Part shown: one piece after another, positions 1-8,691 of the stretch
Layout of the letters: each line of letters starts with the position of its first letter
Position numbering within the stretch: the first letter of the stretch is position 1
Source of the DNA: Verrucomicrobiota bacterium
Lineage (GTDB): Bacteria; Verrucomicrobiota; Verrucomicrobiia; Limisphaerales; UBA1096
Direction of reading: 5' to 3'
Assembly (NCBI GenBank): GCA_030747605.1
Contig: JASLKL010000003.1
Coordinates: forward strand, 1 to 43,747
DNA length: 43,747 nt
Translations under genes and position numbers: made by a program
Notes under the pieces: generated by a model
Seen by the model: only the letters and a program-made list of their open reading frames with translations
Database searches by the model: none
What the model was told of the DNA's origin: nothing

Positions 1-1007
1 GGTATTTCAACAAACTCTGAAGCAGCCTGATAAAATGCTTTATCTTGATCGGCAGGAATTGAAACCAAGGAACTAGCTTCAGGGACAATAAACCAATTCT
101 CCAAGTCGAATGACGAAAGCAAATGGGAATTTTCAGATATCGTCAATTCAGTAGAATCTGAACCTCTTTTTATAGAAATTTCTGGCTTAATATCCTCCTT
201 ATTATCATCTCCAGGCATCTCGCCTCCGTATAGGTGGTTTTCTACTAGTTTTCTATCAACAGCATTTAATGCAGAATTGAAAATAACCAATTGTTCAATT
301 TCTCCAACAAAATCGTACCCACTCGAACTATACGCACCGATAACGATATCTGCATTGGCTTTAATATTATTTGTTGGCATTCCACCGAGATTTAAATTCT
401 TTCCATTCGCATAAAAAGAATGACTGTCGGCAGTTAACACCGTGCTCCAAACTGTGGTTTGGTCATCATATTTTGTAATATCATCACCTGAGTACGTCGT
501 GCCATTGTATTGCTCTACAACAAACCCTCCTTTGCCGTCATCCCGTTGGTGAGATGTGTTACTCAAACCAATATTGTAAGCATATGCTCCTGAAGTAGCA
601 AAAGGGGCATCCGCTTTATAGTGCCCAAGCCAAAATACAGTGAATTCTTTGGTTTCAGCATTACTTAGTTTTCCGGTGAGATATCTTCCATCTGCACCAA
701 CACTTGTATCATCAAAACTTAATTTTCCAGCACCATCATATGATATCAACTCTGCGCCTCCATTACCTTTTTGAGCAGATTGAACAATCATGCCATCCAA
801 TAATTGGCCATTGCTATCCACCGGCGTCCAAGAGACGACAGCATTCCCATCTGTCTCAACTCCTATAGAACCATCATAGTGCGCCACCAATGAATCAATA
901 GCTTGCGATGATAAATCGGGAATGGCTGTCAAAAGGCCATTCCCCAATATGCTTAATTTTACAGATAATATAAATACGAATGATATTAAGATAGAATGAG
1001 TTTTCAT
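1..1007 (-). CDS. Secreted LamG/concanavalin A-like domain protein (partial, runs off left edge)
   Basis: Not in the ORF track. Translated by hand from ATG at 1007: MKTHSILISFVFILSVKLSILG...LVAHYDG...FTVFWLG...IVIGAYSSSGYDFVGEIEQLVIFNSALNAVDRKLVENHL...LLSSFDLENW...KHFIRLLQSFVEI, with no stop before position 1. Has a hydrophobic N-terminus and the LamG-type ending F-x-G-x-I-x-x-L-x-I-F-N-x-A-L. Confidence 0.8.
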   Translation of the reverse strand, partial: MKTHSILISFVFILSVKLSILGNGLLTAIPDLSSQAIDSLVAHYDGSIGVETDGNAVVSWTPVDSNGQLLDGMIVQSAQKGNGGAELISYDGAGKLSFDDTSVGADGRYLTGKLSNAETKEFTVFWLGHYKADAPFATSGAYAYNIGLSNTSHQRDDGKGGFVVEQYNGTTYSGDDITKYDDQTTVWSTVLTADSHSFYANGKNLNLGGMPTNNIKANADIVIGAYSSSGYDFVGEIEQLVIFNSALNAVDRKLVENHLYGGEMPGDDNKEDIKPEISIKRGSDSTELTISENSHLLSSFDLENWFIVPEASSLVSIPADQDKAFYQAASEFVEI

Positions 1008-1149
1008 TAGAATCTGGCCCAGAGTATCATGCCCTGCCGCATCTTAAAAGCGTTTCAAGAAGCATTTAAACAAAATGAAAAACTTCGAATTACGAGTGTT
1101 AAAGCTAAATTTTTGAGAGAACATTCACGATTTTATCTAATTATATATA

Positions 1150-1614
1150 ATGGGATTACCTGATCATTATCTTAAGATGGAAACCTTTGTACCAGGCGAA
1201 ATAGAAGAGATTTTTGCTTTTTTTTCTAATGCACAAAATCTTGAACTAATCACTCCTCCTGAATTGAATTTTAGCATCATAAGCCCTTTGCCAATAATAA
1301 TGCAAAAAGGAACACTCATTGATTATAGAATTCGTTTATTGGGTTTCACTTTCCACTGGAAAACACTCATCTCAAAATGGGAACCTAAAAAAAAATTTAT
1401 AGATGAACAACTGAAGGGCCCTTATTCAAAGTGGATTCATACACATATTTTCGAGCCAAAAGGGAAAGGAGTGTCAATTAAAGATGAGGTTCAATATCGC
1501 CTACCTCTCTTCCCCTTTGGAGAAATCATGTTTCCATTTGTACGCCTACAGCTAAAACGTATCTTTGAATATCGCTCTTTACGAATTACAGAACTATTTA
1601 ATGTTGTTGACTAA
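1150..1614 (+). CDS. SRPBCC (START-like/polyketide cyclase) family protein
   Basis: Typical SRPBCC motifs: IEEIFAFFSNAQNLELITPP, FIDEQLKGPYSKWIHTHIF, IKDEVQYRLP, IFEYR. Confidence 0.85.
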   Translation: MGLPDHYLKMETFVPGEIEEIFAFFSNAQNLELITPPELNFSIISPLPIIMQKGTLIDYRIRLLGFTFHWKTLISKWEPKKKFIDEQLKGPYSKWIHTHIFEPKGKGVSIKDEVQYRLPLFPFGEIMFPFVRLQLKRIFEYRSLRITELFNVVD

Positions 1615-1654
1615 ATTAGTGGTTTTTATCCGCGAAGTACTCACTCATACCCTA

Positions 1655-2065
1655 TCAAGTAACTATTGAATCTCGGATATAACCAACCCTAGTGCTCTTA
1701 AAATACTTGAATGGTATTCCAGCCTCTCCCCATGCCACCGTTAGATATTCAACGGTTTTATCATCTAGTGTTCCATAAATCTCTACCTCAAGGCTTTCTG
1801 CCAACTCGAGATGTTTTGCCACATAATCTTGAACTGGGGGATTATTAAGGTGGTTGATTAGTGATTCATCATCCTTGTAGAGCTCCGTCCATGTAAACTG
1901 CAACGGATCAGTCGGGTCTGAATCAAAGTTGTGTAAAAGCATTCCTGGTTCCGTTTTTTCGACCTCAGCATCTACTAATTCAGCAATTTTGAGGTAATCC
2001 TCCACTTTACCAGACTTGACCCTCACCCTCGCTATAAGAATAAATGGTTTATCTTTTGGGTTCAT
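1655..2065 (-). CDS. Antibiotic biosynthesis monooxygenase (ABM, dimeric alpha-beta barrel) family protein
   Basis: LIARVRVKSGK...EPGMLLH...FTWTELYKDDESLINHLNNP pattern. ATG at 2065 preferred over the track's TTG at 2080. Confidence 0.7.
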   Translation of the reverse strand: MNPKDKPFILIARVRVKSGKVEDYLKIAELVDAEVEKTEPGMLLHNFDSDPTDPLQFTWTELYKDDESLINHLNNPPVQDYVAKHLELAESLEVEIYGTLDDKTVEYLTVAWGEAGIPFKYFKSTRVGYIRDSIVT

Positions 2066-2093
2066 ATTTAATTCTTCCAATTATATTTGATGA

Positions 2094-3074
2094 TTATTTG
2101 ACGTCGAACCAAGTGGACTCAATAGCATGAGCCGCTTCCGACCAATTCGGATAATTAAACTTAAAGCCTGACTCAAGAAGTTTACCTGGAATAACTCTGC
2201 GGCTCTTGAGTAACAACTCAGTTTCGGTTCGCATAAAGAATGCTCCTATTTCCAGCATCCACCAAGCGGCAGCCAGGCCAAACTTTGCCCCACATGCCAA
2301 ACGCATAGCTTTAAGGAACTCACGATTTGGCAGTGGGTTCGGCGCACACATGTTAATTGGTCCGTCGATGTTTTTATGCTCGATACACCACTCGACCATT
2401 CGCAAAAAATCTTCCACATGTAGCCAACTCACAAATTGATTGCCTGATCCCTGTGTGCCGCTAAGACCCAAACGAGTAATATTTCTAAAAGCCTCATAAA
2501 CACCACCTCTACCAGTTCCAAACACCATCGAAAGCCTCATGGCAATACGTCGAGTACTAGGAGTATCCGCATTAAATAATGCCGCTTCCCACCTTTTAAC
2601 GACATCAACTGAAAACTCCCATTTATCCCTTGGGCTGCCAGGTTCGACAGATTGAATATCACCAGTGGCCTCGTCCATCGGCCTATCCAGTGAGTGTCTA
2701 TAAATCGTTCCTGAACTAGCATTCAACCAAACACTCGGAGGTTGATCCGCTTGGGCAATCGCCTCTCCAACAACTTGTGTAGAATGCTCGCGAGAGTCGT
2801 ATATTTGCTGCCTATTTTTCTTACTATAACGACAATTTACAGAGCGGCCAGCGAGGTTTACAACCACTTCCGCTCCATCTATTTCATCCGCCCAAGCATC
2901 AAGATTTACACCATCCCACCAGACATAACGCACATGATCAGATAATTCCCCCTCACTACGACTTAAGACCACTACGTTCCAGCCTTTAGCTGCGAAATGC
3001 CGTGATAAATGCCGCCCTATGTAACCGCTACCTCCAGGTAAAACTATTTTTTTATCCTTCAAGCTCACGCTCAA
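2094..3074 (-). CDS. TIGR01777 family NAD-dependent epimerase/oxidoreductase (YfcH-like)
   Basis: GGSGYIG Rossmann motif, VVNLAG, IYDSR, GSGNQFVSWLHVED, and DUF1731-like C-terminus LLLKSRRVIPGKLLESGFKF. Start could be TTG 3074 or GTG 3068. Confidence 0.9.
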   Translation of the reverse strand: MSVSLKDKKIVLPGGSGYIGRHLSRHFAAKGWNVVVLSRSEGELSDHVRYVWWDGVNLDAWADEIDGAEVVVNLAGRSVNCRYSKKNRQQIYDSREHSTQVVGEAIAQADQPPSVWLNASSGTIYRHSLDRPMDEATGDIQSVEPGSPRDKWEFSVDVVKRWEAALFNADTPSTRRIAMRLSMVFGTGRGGVYEAFRNITRLGLSGTQGSGNQFVSWLHVEDFLRMVEWCIEHKNIDGPINMCAPNPLPNREFLKAMRLACGAKFGLAAAWWMLEIGAFFMRTETELLLKSRRVIPGKLLESGFKFNYPNWSEAAHAIESTWFDVK

Positions 3075-3146
3075 GCGAGTTTTTCACGACTTCGATTAAA
3101 GAACGAGAGAGAAACATAAGTAATTATCTAGAATTTAAAATCCCGC

Positions 3147-3176
3147 TTGGCCAAGTAGCAGTATACCGCTTATCCT
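3147..3176 (+). promoter_or_regulatory. Putative sigma70 promoter for trpD (leaderless geometry)
   Basis: TTGGCC (3147-3152), 18 nt, TATCCT (3171-3176), 6 nt, then ATG at 3183. No Shine-Dalgarno. Confidence 0.45.
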
Positions 3177-3182
3177 TTCCCC

Positions 3183-4220
3183 ATGTTAGACACCCTGACC
3201 AAACATTTGAGCAACGGTGAGTCACTGACGGTTGAACAGGTAAGCGACGCAATTGGAAGCCTAACGAACGAAACCATAACCCCAGAGACCAAAGCTGATT
3301 TTCTTACGGCTCTTGCCTCCAAAGGTGAAACTACGGATGAAATCGCTGCATTCGCAAACGAACTTCGTGATAAGGCTTTACCTGTCCCTATTGATAATGA
3401 AACACGGGACCATGAAATGCTCGATGTTTGCGGCACTGGGGGAGACAAGCTAGGAACGTTCAATATTTCTACCACAGTTGCCATTATTGCTGCTGCTGCT
3501 GGAGTAACAGTTGCTAAGCACGGTAACCGAGCCATCACATCCAAGGCCGGTAGTGCTGATGTTTTAGCCGCGCTAGGCATTCCGACCGACCTAACACCAG
3601 AACAAGTAGCCACCAACCTGAAAGATCACCAGTTCGCATTCATCTTTGCACCTGCCTATCATCCAGCATTCAAGCATATCATGCCGGCACGCAAATTATG
3701 CGCTGAACGAGGCCAGCGGACAGTGTTTAATTTTCTGGGACCACTCCTGAACCCAGCCCGACCTACTGCACAATTAATTGGGGTCCCCAATAGCAAACTT
3801 TGTGATCCAATTGGTCGAGTTCTTCAGTCTATTGGAATTCGGCGAGGAATGGTTGTCAACGGCAGAGTGGGAGATGGCTCCATGGATGAACTATCAACGC
3901 TTGGCAAAAATACCATTGCAGAGTTTTATCAGGATAGAGGCTTTGCTGTTAGTACTGATTTGCCGAAATTATTCCCTCTACAACCAGCCACACTGGACGA
4001 TCTGAAGGGTGGGAATGCAGAGGAGAATGCCGCTACTATTAAGTCGATCCTTTCAGGTGAAGATCGTGGCCCTCGCCGTGATGCAGTGCTACTGAATGCC
4101 GCACATGCCTTGTTTGTTGCCAGCAAGACAGACTCCGCCTTGGAAGGCTGGGACATGGCTGCCTCAGTAATTGAAAACGGGACCGCTATAAGTAAATTAC
4201 AGGATTTGACGGGCAATTAA
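3183..4220 (+). CDS. trpD: Anthranilate phosphoribosyltransferase
   Basis: DVCGTGGD, TFNIST, VAKHGNRAITSKAGSADVL, FAPAYHPAFK, RTVFNFLGPLLNP, MDELS. Confidence 0.97.
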   Translation: MLDTLTKHLSNGESLTVEQVSDAIGSLTNETITPETKADFLTALASKGETTDEIAAFANELRDKALPVPIDNETRDHEMLDVCGTGGDKLGTFNISTTVAIIAAAAGVTVAKHGNRAITSKAGSADVLAALGIPTDLTPEQVATNLKDHQFAFIFAPAYHPAFKHIMPARKLCAERGQRTVFNFLGPLLNPARPTAQLIGVPNSKLCDPIGRVLQSIGIRRGMVVNGRVGDGSMDELSTLGKNTIAEFYQDRGFAVSTDLPKLFPLQPATLDDLKGGNAEENAATIKSILSGEDRGPRRDAVLLNAAHALFVASKTDSALEGWDMAASVIENGTAISKLQDLTGN

Positions 4221-4233
4221 GTTGCGATATAAT
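4206..4233 (+). promoter_or_regulatory. Near-consensus sigma70 promoter overlapping the end of trpD
   Basis: TTGACG (4206-4211), 16 nt, TATAAT (4228-4233). Confidence 0.6.
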
Positions 4234-4237
4234 TAAT

Positions 4238-4315
4238 ATGACACTTGGTATTATAGGGGGTGTTTTCTTTAGTATCGCATTCATCTTGATGATCGTCTTA
4301 TTTCTAAATAGTTAG
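4238..4315 (+). CDS. Candidate 25-aa single-pass small membrane protein
   Basis: ATG 4238 to TAG 4315 reads MTLGIIGGVFFSIAFILMIVLFLNS. No charged residue; directly after a TATAAT box; below the ORF-track size cut-off. Confidence 0.35.
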   Translation: MTLGIIGGVFFSIAFILMIVLFLNS

Positions 4316-4349
4316 ATATTTTTAACACTGATCACCCTTCAAACAATTA

Positions 4350-4754
4350 ATGCTATTTGCACGCGCTATTATTCCTTTTGGTATTCCATTGATTGTAATT
4401 GGCGGAGCCACAACACTTTTTTATCTAAATCCAAGTGATTATTCCTTTTTTCCAAAATGTACATTTTATACAGCAACCGGGTATTCCTGCCCAGGCTGCG
4501 GTTCAACTCGTGCCCTGTTTAATCTAACACATGGAAATATATTGGAAGCACTACGACTAAACCCAGGATTAATTGCGCTAATCGTCCTCTCTTTAACAGA
4601 CTACATTCGATACATGATGACGATAAAACAATCGAAGAAATTTCATTCTCTGTTCGGAAACATGAAACTGGTTTTCACAGTTATAGGGTTAATGATAGTT
4701 TACGGAATCATCCGGAACCTCCCATGGATACCATTCACGAACTTGGCGCCATAA
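4350..4754 (+). CDS. DUF2752 domain membrane protein
   Basis: C-x-F-x3-TGYSCPGCGSTRA...HGNILEALRLNP and C-terminal IIRNLP; several hydrophobic helices. Confidence 0.9.
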   Translation: MLFARAIIPFGIPLIVIGGATTLFYLNPSDYSFFPKCTFYTATGYSCPGCGSTRALFNLTHGNILEALRLNPGLIALIVLSLTDYIRYMMTIKQSKKFHSLFGNMKLVFTVIGLMIVYGIIRNLPWIPFTNLAP

Positions 4755-4823
4755 ATTATTGCCAGCCCAAGCAAATTCAATTTTATCTCGCTTGGCAAAG
4801 CACTTGAACGTTTGAATGTGCAC

Positions 4824-6842
4824 GTGCCCAAAGAGTACACCATTAAACCGTTCCGTTCACCGATCGATCTGAACATTGATTATGAATCAGAACTGAATGC
4901 TCAGCAACTCGCTGCCGTAACGGCTACGCCGGGACCGGCTTTGGTGTTGGCTGGAGCTGGGGCGGGCAAGACGCGTACTCTGACTTATCGTGTGGCATAT
5001 CTATTAGAGCAAGGCATCCCAATTGACCGCATTCTTCTTTTGACATTCACCAATAAGGCAGCAAAAGAAATGATGGAACGAGTACAAGACCTGATTGGAG
5101 ACGACACATCAGGCCTTTGGGGCGGCACTTTCCATTCAGTGGGTCACCGTATTTTGCGACGCAATGCGGAGACGATTGGCTACCCACAAACATTCACAAT
5201 AATGGATCGCGAGGATGCAAAAGACCTGATGAGCCTTGCTATCACTGACGCTGGTATAGACACCAAAGCAGTACGTTTCCCTAAGCCAGACTTGCTTTGT
5301 GATATTCTTTCAATGTCAATTAATACAGGGCTGGATCTAGAGAAGGTAATGGAGGATCGATATTTCTATTTCGAAAGCTTGTCCGAAGACATTTCCAAAG
5401 TACACGCCGCTTATTCCAAGCGCAAACAATTGAATGGAGTGATGGACTTCGATGATCTACTCAACCAGTGGCTGAGACTGCTACAAGAAAGCGAAGAAGC
5501 TCGAGAATATTTTCAATCTAAATTTCAATTCATTCTTGTCGATGAATATCAAGACACAAATCACGTGCAGTGTGAATTGATCGATCTACTAGGCGATCGA
5601 AACCATAATATTATGGCAGTTGGCGACGATTCACAAAGTATCTATTCATGGCGAGGCGCAAACTTCCGTAATGTACTCGAGTTCCCTGAGCGCCACAAAG
5701 GAACACAAGTCTTCAAGATCGAGACAAACTACCGCAGCACTCCAGAAATTCTCAATTGCGCAAACGCTGTCATAGCGGGCAATGCTAATCAGTTTAAGAA
5801 GAAGCTTACACCGGTACGAAAAAGCGGAATGAAGCCGGCACTAGTATCCTGTAATGACGCCAATCAACAGGCTGAATTCATTGCCCAACGTGCACTTGAG
5901 CTTCGCGATGAAGGCATAGCTCTAGAAAATATGGTTGTATTATACAGATCTCACTTTCACGCGCTTGAATTACAACTGGAATTTACCCGACGTAATATCC
6001 CATTCACAATAACTAGTGGCATTCGTTTTTTTGAACAAGCTCACATCAAGGACGTAGCTGCATACCTCAAACTTATTTCCAATCACCAAGACGAAATAGC
6101 ATTTAAGCGCATTGTACTGATGCTTTCAGGAATCGGATCCAAGTCTGCAGATAAACTTTGGAGATCATACAAAACCCGATTAACTGACGAGATTACTACG
6201 CAACCTAGTTTGGCTAAAGTAATCCGAGAAATTTCCGGATTAGCTCCAAAAAAATCCATAATAGGCTGGGAACAATTTGCAGAAACACTCTCTCAACTAG
6301 AAAGTGAAAAAGGCAAAGGGCCAGGACATCTAATCCGCTTGGTCATAGCTGCAGGCTACGAAGATTATCTGCAAAACAAGTTCCCGAACTACTATTCACG
6401 ACTAGAAGATCTCGAACAGGTCGCTGGCTTTTCAGATCAATATGAAACCACAGAGGAATTCCTTAGCGAACTAGCTCTTCTAAGTAATTTGGACACAGAG
6501 TCGAAGAGGGATGCACAATCAGACCCCGAACAAATTCGACTCTCTACTATTCATCAAGCCAAAGGACTAGAGTTCGAAGTTGTGTTTGTAATGATGCTCT
6601 GCGATGGACTTTTTCCCTCAAGTAGAGCAATCGAAAGCCCTGAAGGGGAAGACGAGGAAAGGCGATTGTTTTACGTAGCCGTCACCCGCGCAAAAACAGA
6701 ACTGTATCTTAGCTATCCACTAATGCGCTTCATGCACGGATCCGGAGGAGAAACATTTCAACAGCCATCCCGCTTTCTTAACGAAATTGGAGATGGTCTC
6801 GTGGAAGAATGGAACCTGCAAAGCTTCGACCCATACGGGTAA
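4824..6842 (+). CDS. uvrD: UvrD/PcrA/Rep family ATP-dependent DNA helicase
   Basis: LAGAGAGKT, LTFTNKAA, TFHS, VDEYQDTN, VGDDSQSIYSWRGA, NYRST, TIHQAKGLEF, EERRLFYVAVTRAK. GTG at 4824 preferred over TTG at 4812 (uncertain). Confidence 0.93.
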   Translation: MPKEYTIKPFRSPIDLNIDYESELNAQQLAAVTATPGPALVLAGAGAGKTRTLTYRVAYLLEQGIPIDRILLLTFTNKAAKEMMERVQDLIGDDTSGLWGGTFHSVGHRILRRNAETIGYPQTFTIMDREDAKDLMSLAITDAGIDTKAVRFPKPDLLCDILSMSINTGLDLEKVMEDRYFYFESLSEDISKVHAAYSKRKQLNGVMDFDDLLNQWLRLLQESEEAREYFQSKFQFILVDEYQDTNHVQCELIDLLGDRNHNIMAVGDDSQSIYSWRGANFRNVLEFPERHKGTQVFKIETNYRSTPEILNCANAVIAGNANQFKKKLTPVRKSGMKPALVSCNDANQQAEFIAQRALELRDEGIALENMVVLYRSHFHALELQLEFTRRNIPFTITSGIRFFEQAHIKDVAAYLKLISNHQDEIAFKRIVLMLSGIGSKSADKLWRSYKTRLTDEITTQPSLAKVIREISGLAPKKSIIGWEQFAETLSQLESEKGKGPGHLIRLVIAAGYEDYLQNKFPNYYSRLEDLEQVAGFSDQYETTEEFLSELALLSNLDTESKRDAQSDPEQIRLSTIHQAKGLEFEVVFVMMLCDGLFPSSRAIESPEGEDEERRLFYVAVTRAKTELYLSYPLMRFMHGSGGETFQQPSRFLNEIGDGLVEEWNLQSFDPYG

Positions 6843-6869
6843 CTTTTAAATCAAAAGATATCTAATCAA

Positions 6870-8459
6870 TCAAGGCTGACCCTTGGTCTTTTTCTTTGCA
6901 GTCTTTTTGCGCCGGCTATTACTCAAATGTCGATTAACAGCATTGAGATACGCCTTTGCGCTGGCTTCAATTACATCGGTACTAGCACCCTTCCCCGTGA
7001 TAAGCTCACCATCTCCGAAATCTACCTTCAAACTAACTTCACCTAGCGCATCCTTGCCTTGAGACACACCACGTAACGCATAATCCTTCAGCCTACCCTG
7101 AGTCTCAGTAAGACGGTCAATTGCCTTAAGTGCAGCATCAACAGGACCATCACCCACCCCAGCATCCTCTAGAACTATATCTTTCTTAGACCGCCCAGAA
7201 GCTGGCTTCCGTAAGCGAACAGTAGCTGTCGGGACGGTCTGATTTCCACTTGTGACGTTAACATACTCCATCAACCAAGTCTCTGGCACCTTAGTAATCT
7301 GGCCATCAACCAGTGCTCCAAGATCATCATCATAAACAAATTTCTTTTTATCGCCGATTTCCTTAAAACGACTAAAGACATTAATTATTTCATCGTCAGA
7401 AAGCTTAAACCCAAGGTGTTTAAGTCGTAGAGCCATAGCAGCCCGACCGCTATGCTTCGTCAATGGCAACTCAGTCTGCCCCCAGCCAACATCCTGCGGA
7501 TCCATAATCTCGTAAGTTTCACGCTTCTTGATGATTCCATCCTGATGGATTCCACTTGAGTGCGCGAAAGCATTCTCACCAACGATAGACTTATTTCGTT
7601 GCACCACAAAACTACTCATACGCGAAACCAGACGAGAAGATTTCACGATCTCATTGGTTTTAATTCCACACTTAATATTCTTATAGTAATCCTCCCGAGT
7701 TTTTAAAGCCATAACCAATTCCTCAAGAGCAGCATTACCAGCTCGCTCCCCGATACCATTCACAGTGCACTCGATTTGGCGTGCTCCATTCTCAACGGCA
7801 GCTAAGGAGTTAGCCACAGCCATACCAAGATCATTGTGACAGTGAACACTGATGACAGCCTTGCCTGTTTTAAACTCCGGAACAGAAGCGTGAAGATGTC
7901 CGATTAGCTCACCAAACTGCCCAGGGACAGCCCACCCAACCGTATCAGGAATATTAACGGTAGTAGCCCCAGCATCAACCACTGCTTGACAAACCTCCGC
8001 GAGAAAGTCTGGTTCAGTTCTAGATCCATCTTCGGGAGAAAACTCAACATCTGCTGTAAGCTTGCGAGCTCTTTTCACACCCTCAACAGCAAGTTTAATG
8101 ATTTGGCTCTGCGCCTTACCAAGCTTAAATTCACGATGCAATTTCGAGGTGGCAAGAAAAACATGTATACGCCCCTTGCTCCCAGCTGGAGCAACCGCCT
8201 TACCAGCAGCTTCAATATCCCCAGGAACACAACGTGCTAAGCCTGCAATAGTTGGCCCCTTGATTTCTTTAGCGATAGTGTTGACAGCCGTGAAATCTCC
8301 GTCGCTGATCACAGGGAATCCCCCCTCAATCACATCAACTTTAAGTCGGGCCAGTTGACGCGCGACCTCAAGTTTCTCTCGCAACGTCATAGAAGCACCA
8401 GGACACTGTTCGCCGTCGCGAAGTGTCGTATCAAAAATAATGATCCGATTCTTTTTCAT
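6870..8459 (-). CDS. leuA: 2-isopropylmalate synthase (with C-terminal regulatory domain)
   Basis: [63 protein letters not shown] at 8459; the track's TTG at 8486 lies in the attenuator U-tract. Confidence 0.97.
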   Translation of the reverse strand: MKKNRIIIFDTTLRDGEQCPGASMTLREKLEVARQLARLKVDVIEGGFPVISDGDFTAVNTIAKEIKGPTIAGLARCVPGDIEAAGKAVAPAGSKGRIHVFLATSKLHREFKLGKAQSQIIKLAVEGVKRARKLTADVEFSPEDGSRTEPDFLAEVCQAVVDAGATTVNIPDTVGWAVPGQFGELIGHLHASVPEFKTGKAVISVHCHNDLGMAVANSLAAVENGARQIECTVNGIGERAGNAALEELVMALKTREDYYKNIKCGIKTNEIVKSSRLVSRMSSFVVQRNKSIVGENAFAHSSGIHQDGIIKKRETYEIMDPQDVGWGQTELPLTKHSGRAAMALRLKHLGFKLSDDEIINVFSRFKEIGDKKKFVYDDDLGALVDGQITKVPETWLMEYVNVTSGNQTVPTATVRLRKPASGRSKKDIVLEDAGVGDGPVDAALKAIDRLTETQGRLKDYALRGVSQGKDALGEVSLKVDFGDGELITGKGASTDVIEASAKAYLNAVNRHLSNSRRKKTAKKKTKGQP

Positions 8460-8484
8460 ATCTTCATTATATACAAAGGCTAAC

Positions 8485-8518
8485 AAAAAACCCCGAAGCC
8501 TTGCTGGCAGCGGGGTTT
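8485..8518 (-). terminator. Intrinsic terminator of the leuA attenuator
   Basis: Minus strand AAACCCCG-CU-GCC-AGCAA-GGC-UU-CGGGGUUUUUU: GC-rich stem plus U6 tract, ending 25 nt before the leuA ATG. Confidence 0.9.
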
Positions 8519-8555
8519 ACAAATTTTATGAGCACTAGCTTAAACCTCGGCCACC
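8506..8555 (-). promoter_or_regulatory. Antiterminator helix of the leuA attenuator
   Basis: GGUGGCCGAGGUUUA (8555-8541, end of the leader ORF) pairs with UAAACCCCGCUGCC (8519-8506, 5' arm of the terminator) with one bulge and one A-C mismatch, so it excludes the terminator. Confidence 0.75.
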
Positions 8556-8614
8556 TGAACGCTTCCTAAAAGCGCCAGTTCCAGCAACAAAAGTCGTAGT
8601 CTCACAAATAACAT
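8540..8614 (-). CDS. Leucine-rich leader peptide (attenuator peptide, leuL-like)
   Basis: ATG 8614 to TAA 8540 reads MLFVRLRLLLLELALLGSVQVAEV. 9 of 24 codons are Leu, including four in a row (CTT TTG TTG CTG); it lies directly upstream of a terminator and leuA. Confidence 0.85.
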   Translation of the reverse strand: MLFVRLRLLLLELALLGSVQVAEV

Positions 8615-8622
8615 CTCGGCGG

Positions 8623-8651
8623 AAAATATCGACGAGCTACCGTCAAGTCAA
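8623..8651 (-). promoter_or_regulatory. Putative sigma70 promoter for leader peptide-leuA
   Basis: TTGACT (8651-8646), 17 nt, TATTTT (8628-8623), 8 nt, then leader ATG at 8614. Confidence 0.6.
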
Positions 8652-8691
8652 TGGGTTTTTCTTCTTCCAGGAATAGTTCGACTAAATAAGC

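Noticed and set aside
1387-1395. Another A9 run (and A8 runs in mazG and near 41169) as slippage sites
   Set aside because: The reading frames through these runs are intact. This also shows that long homopolymers are not systematically miscalled in this window.
3075-3182. Possible tryptophan attenuator upstream of the stand-alone trpD
   Set aside because: No Trp-codon leader ORF or terminator is visible, and the promoter appears to abut the start codon.
8460-8486. ORF-track start of leuA at TTG 8486 (MLAFVYNED extension)
   Set aside because: It lies in the attenuator terminator U-tract; ATG 8459 gives the normal LeuA N-terminus.
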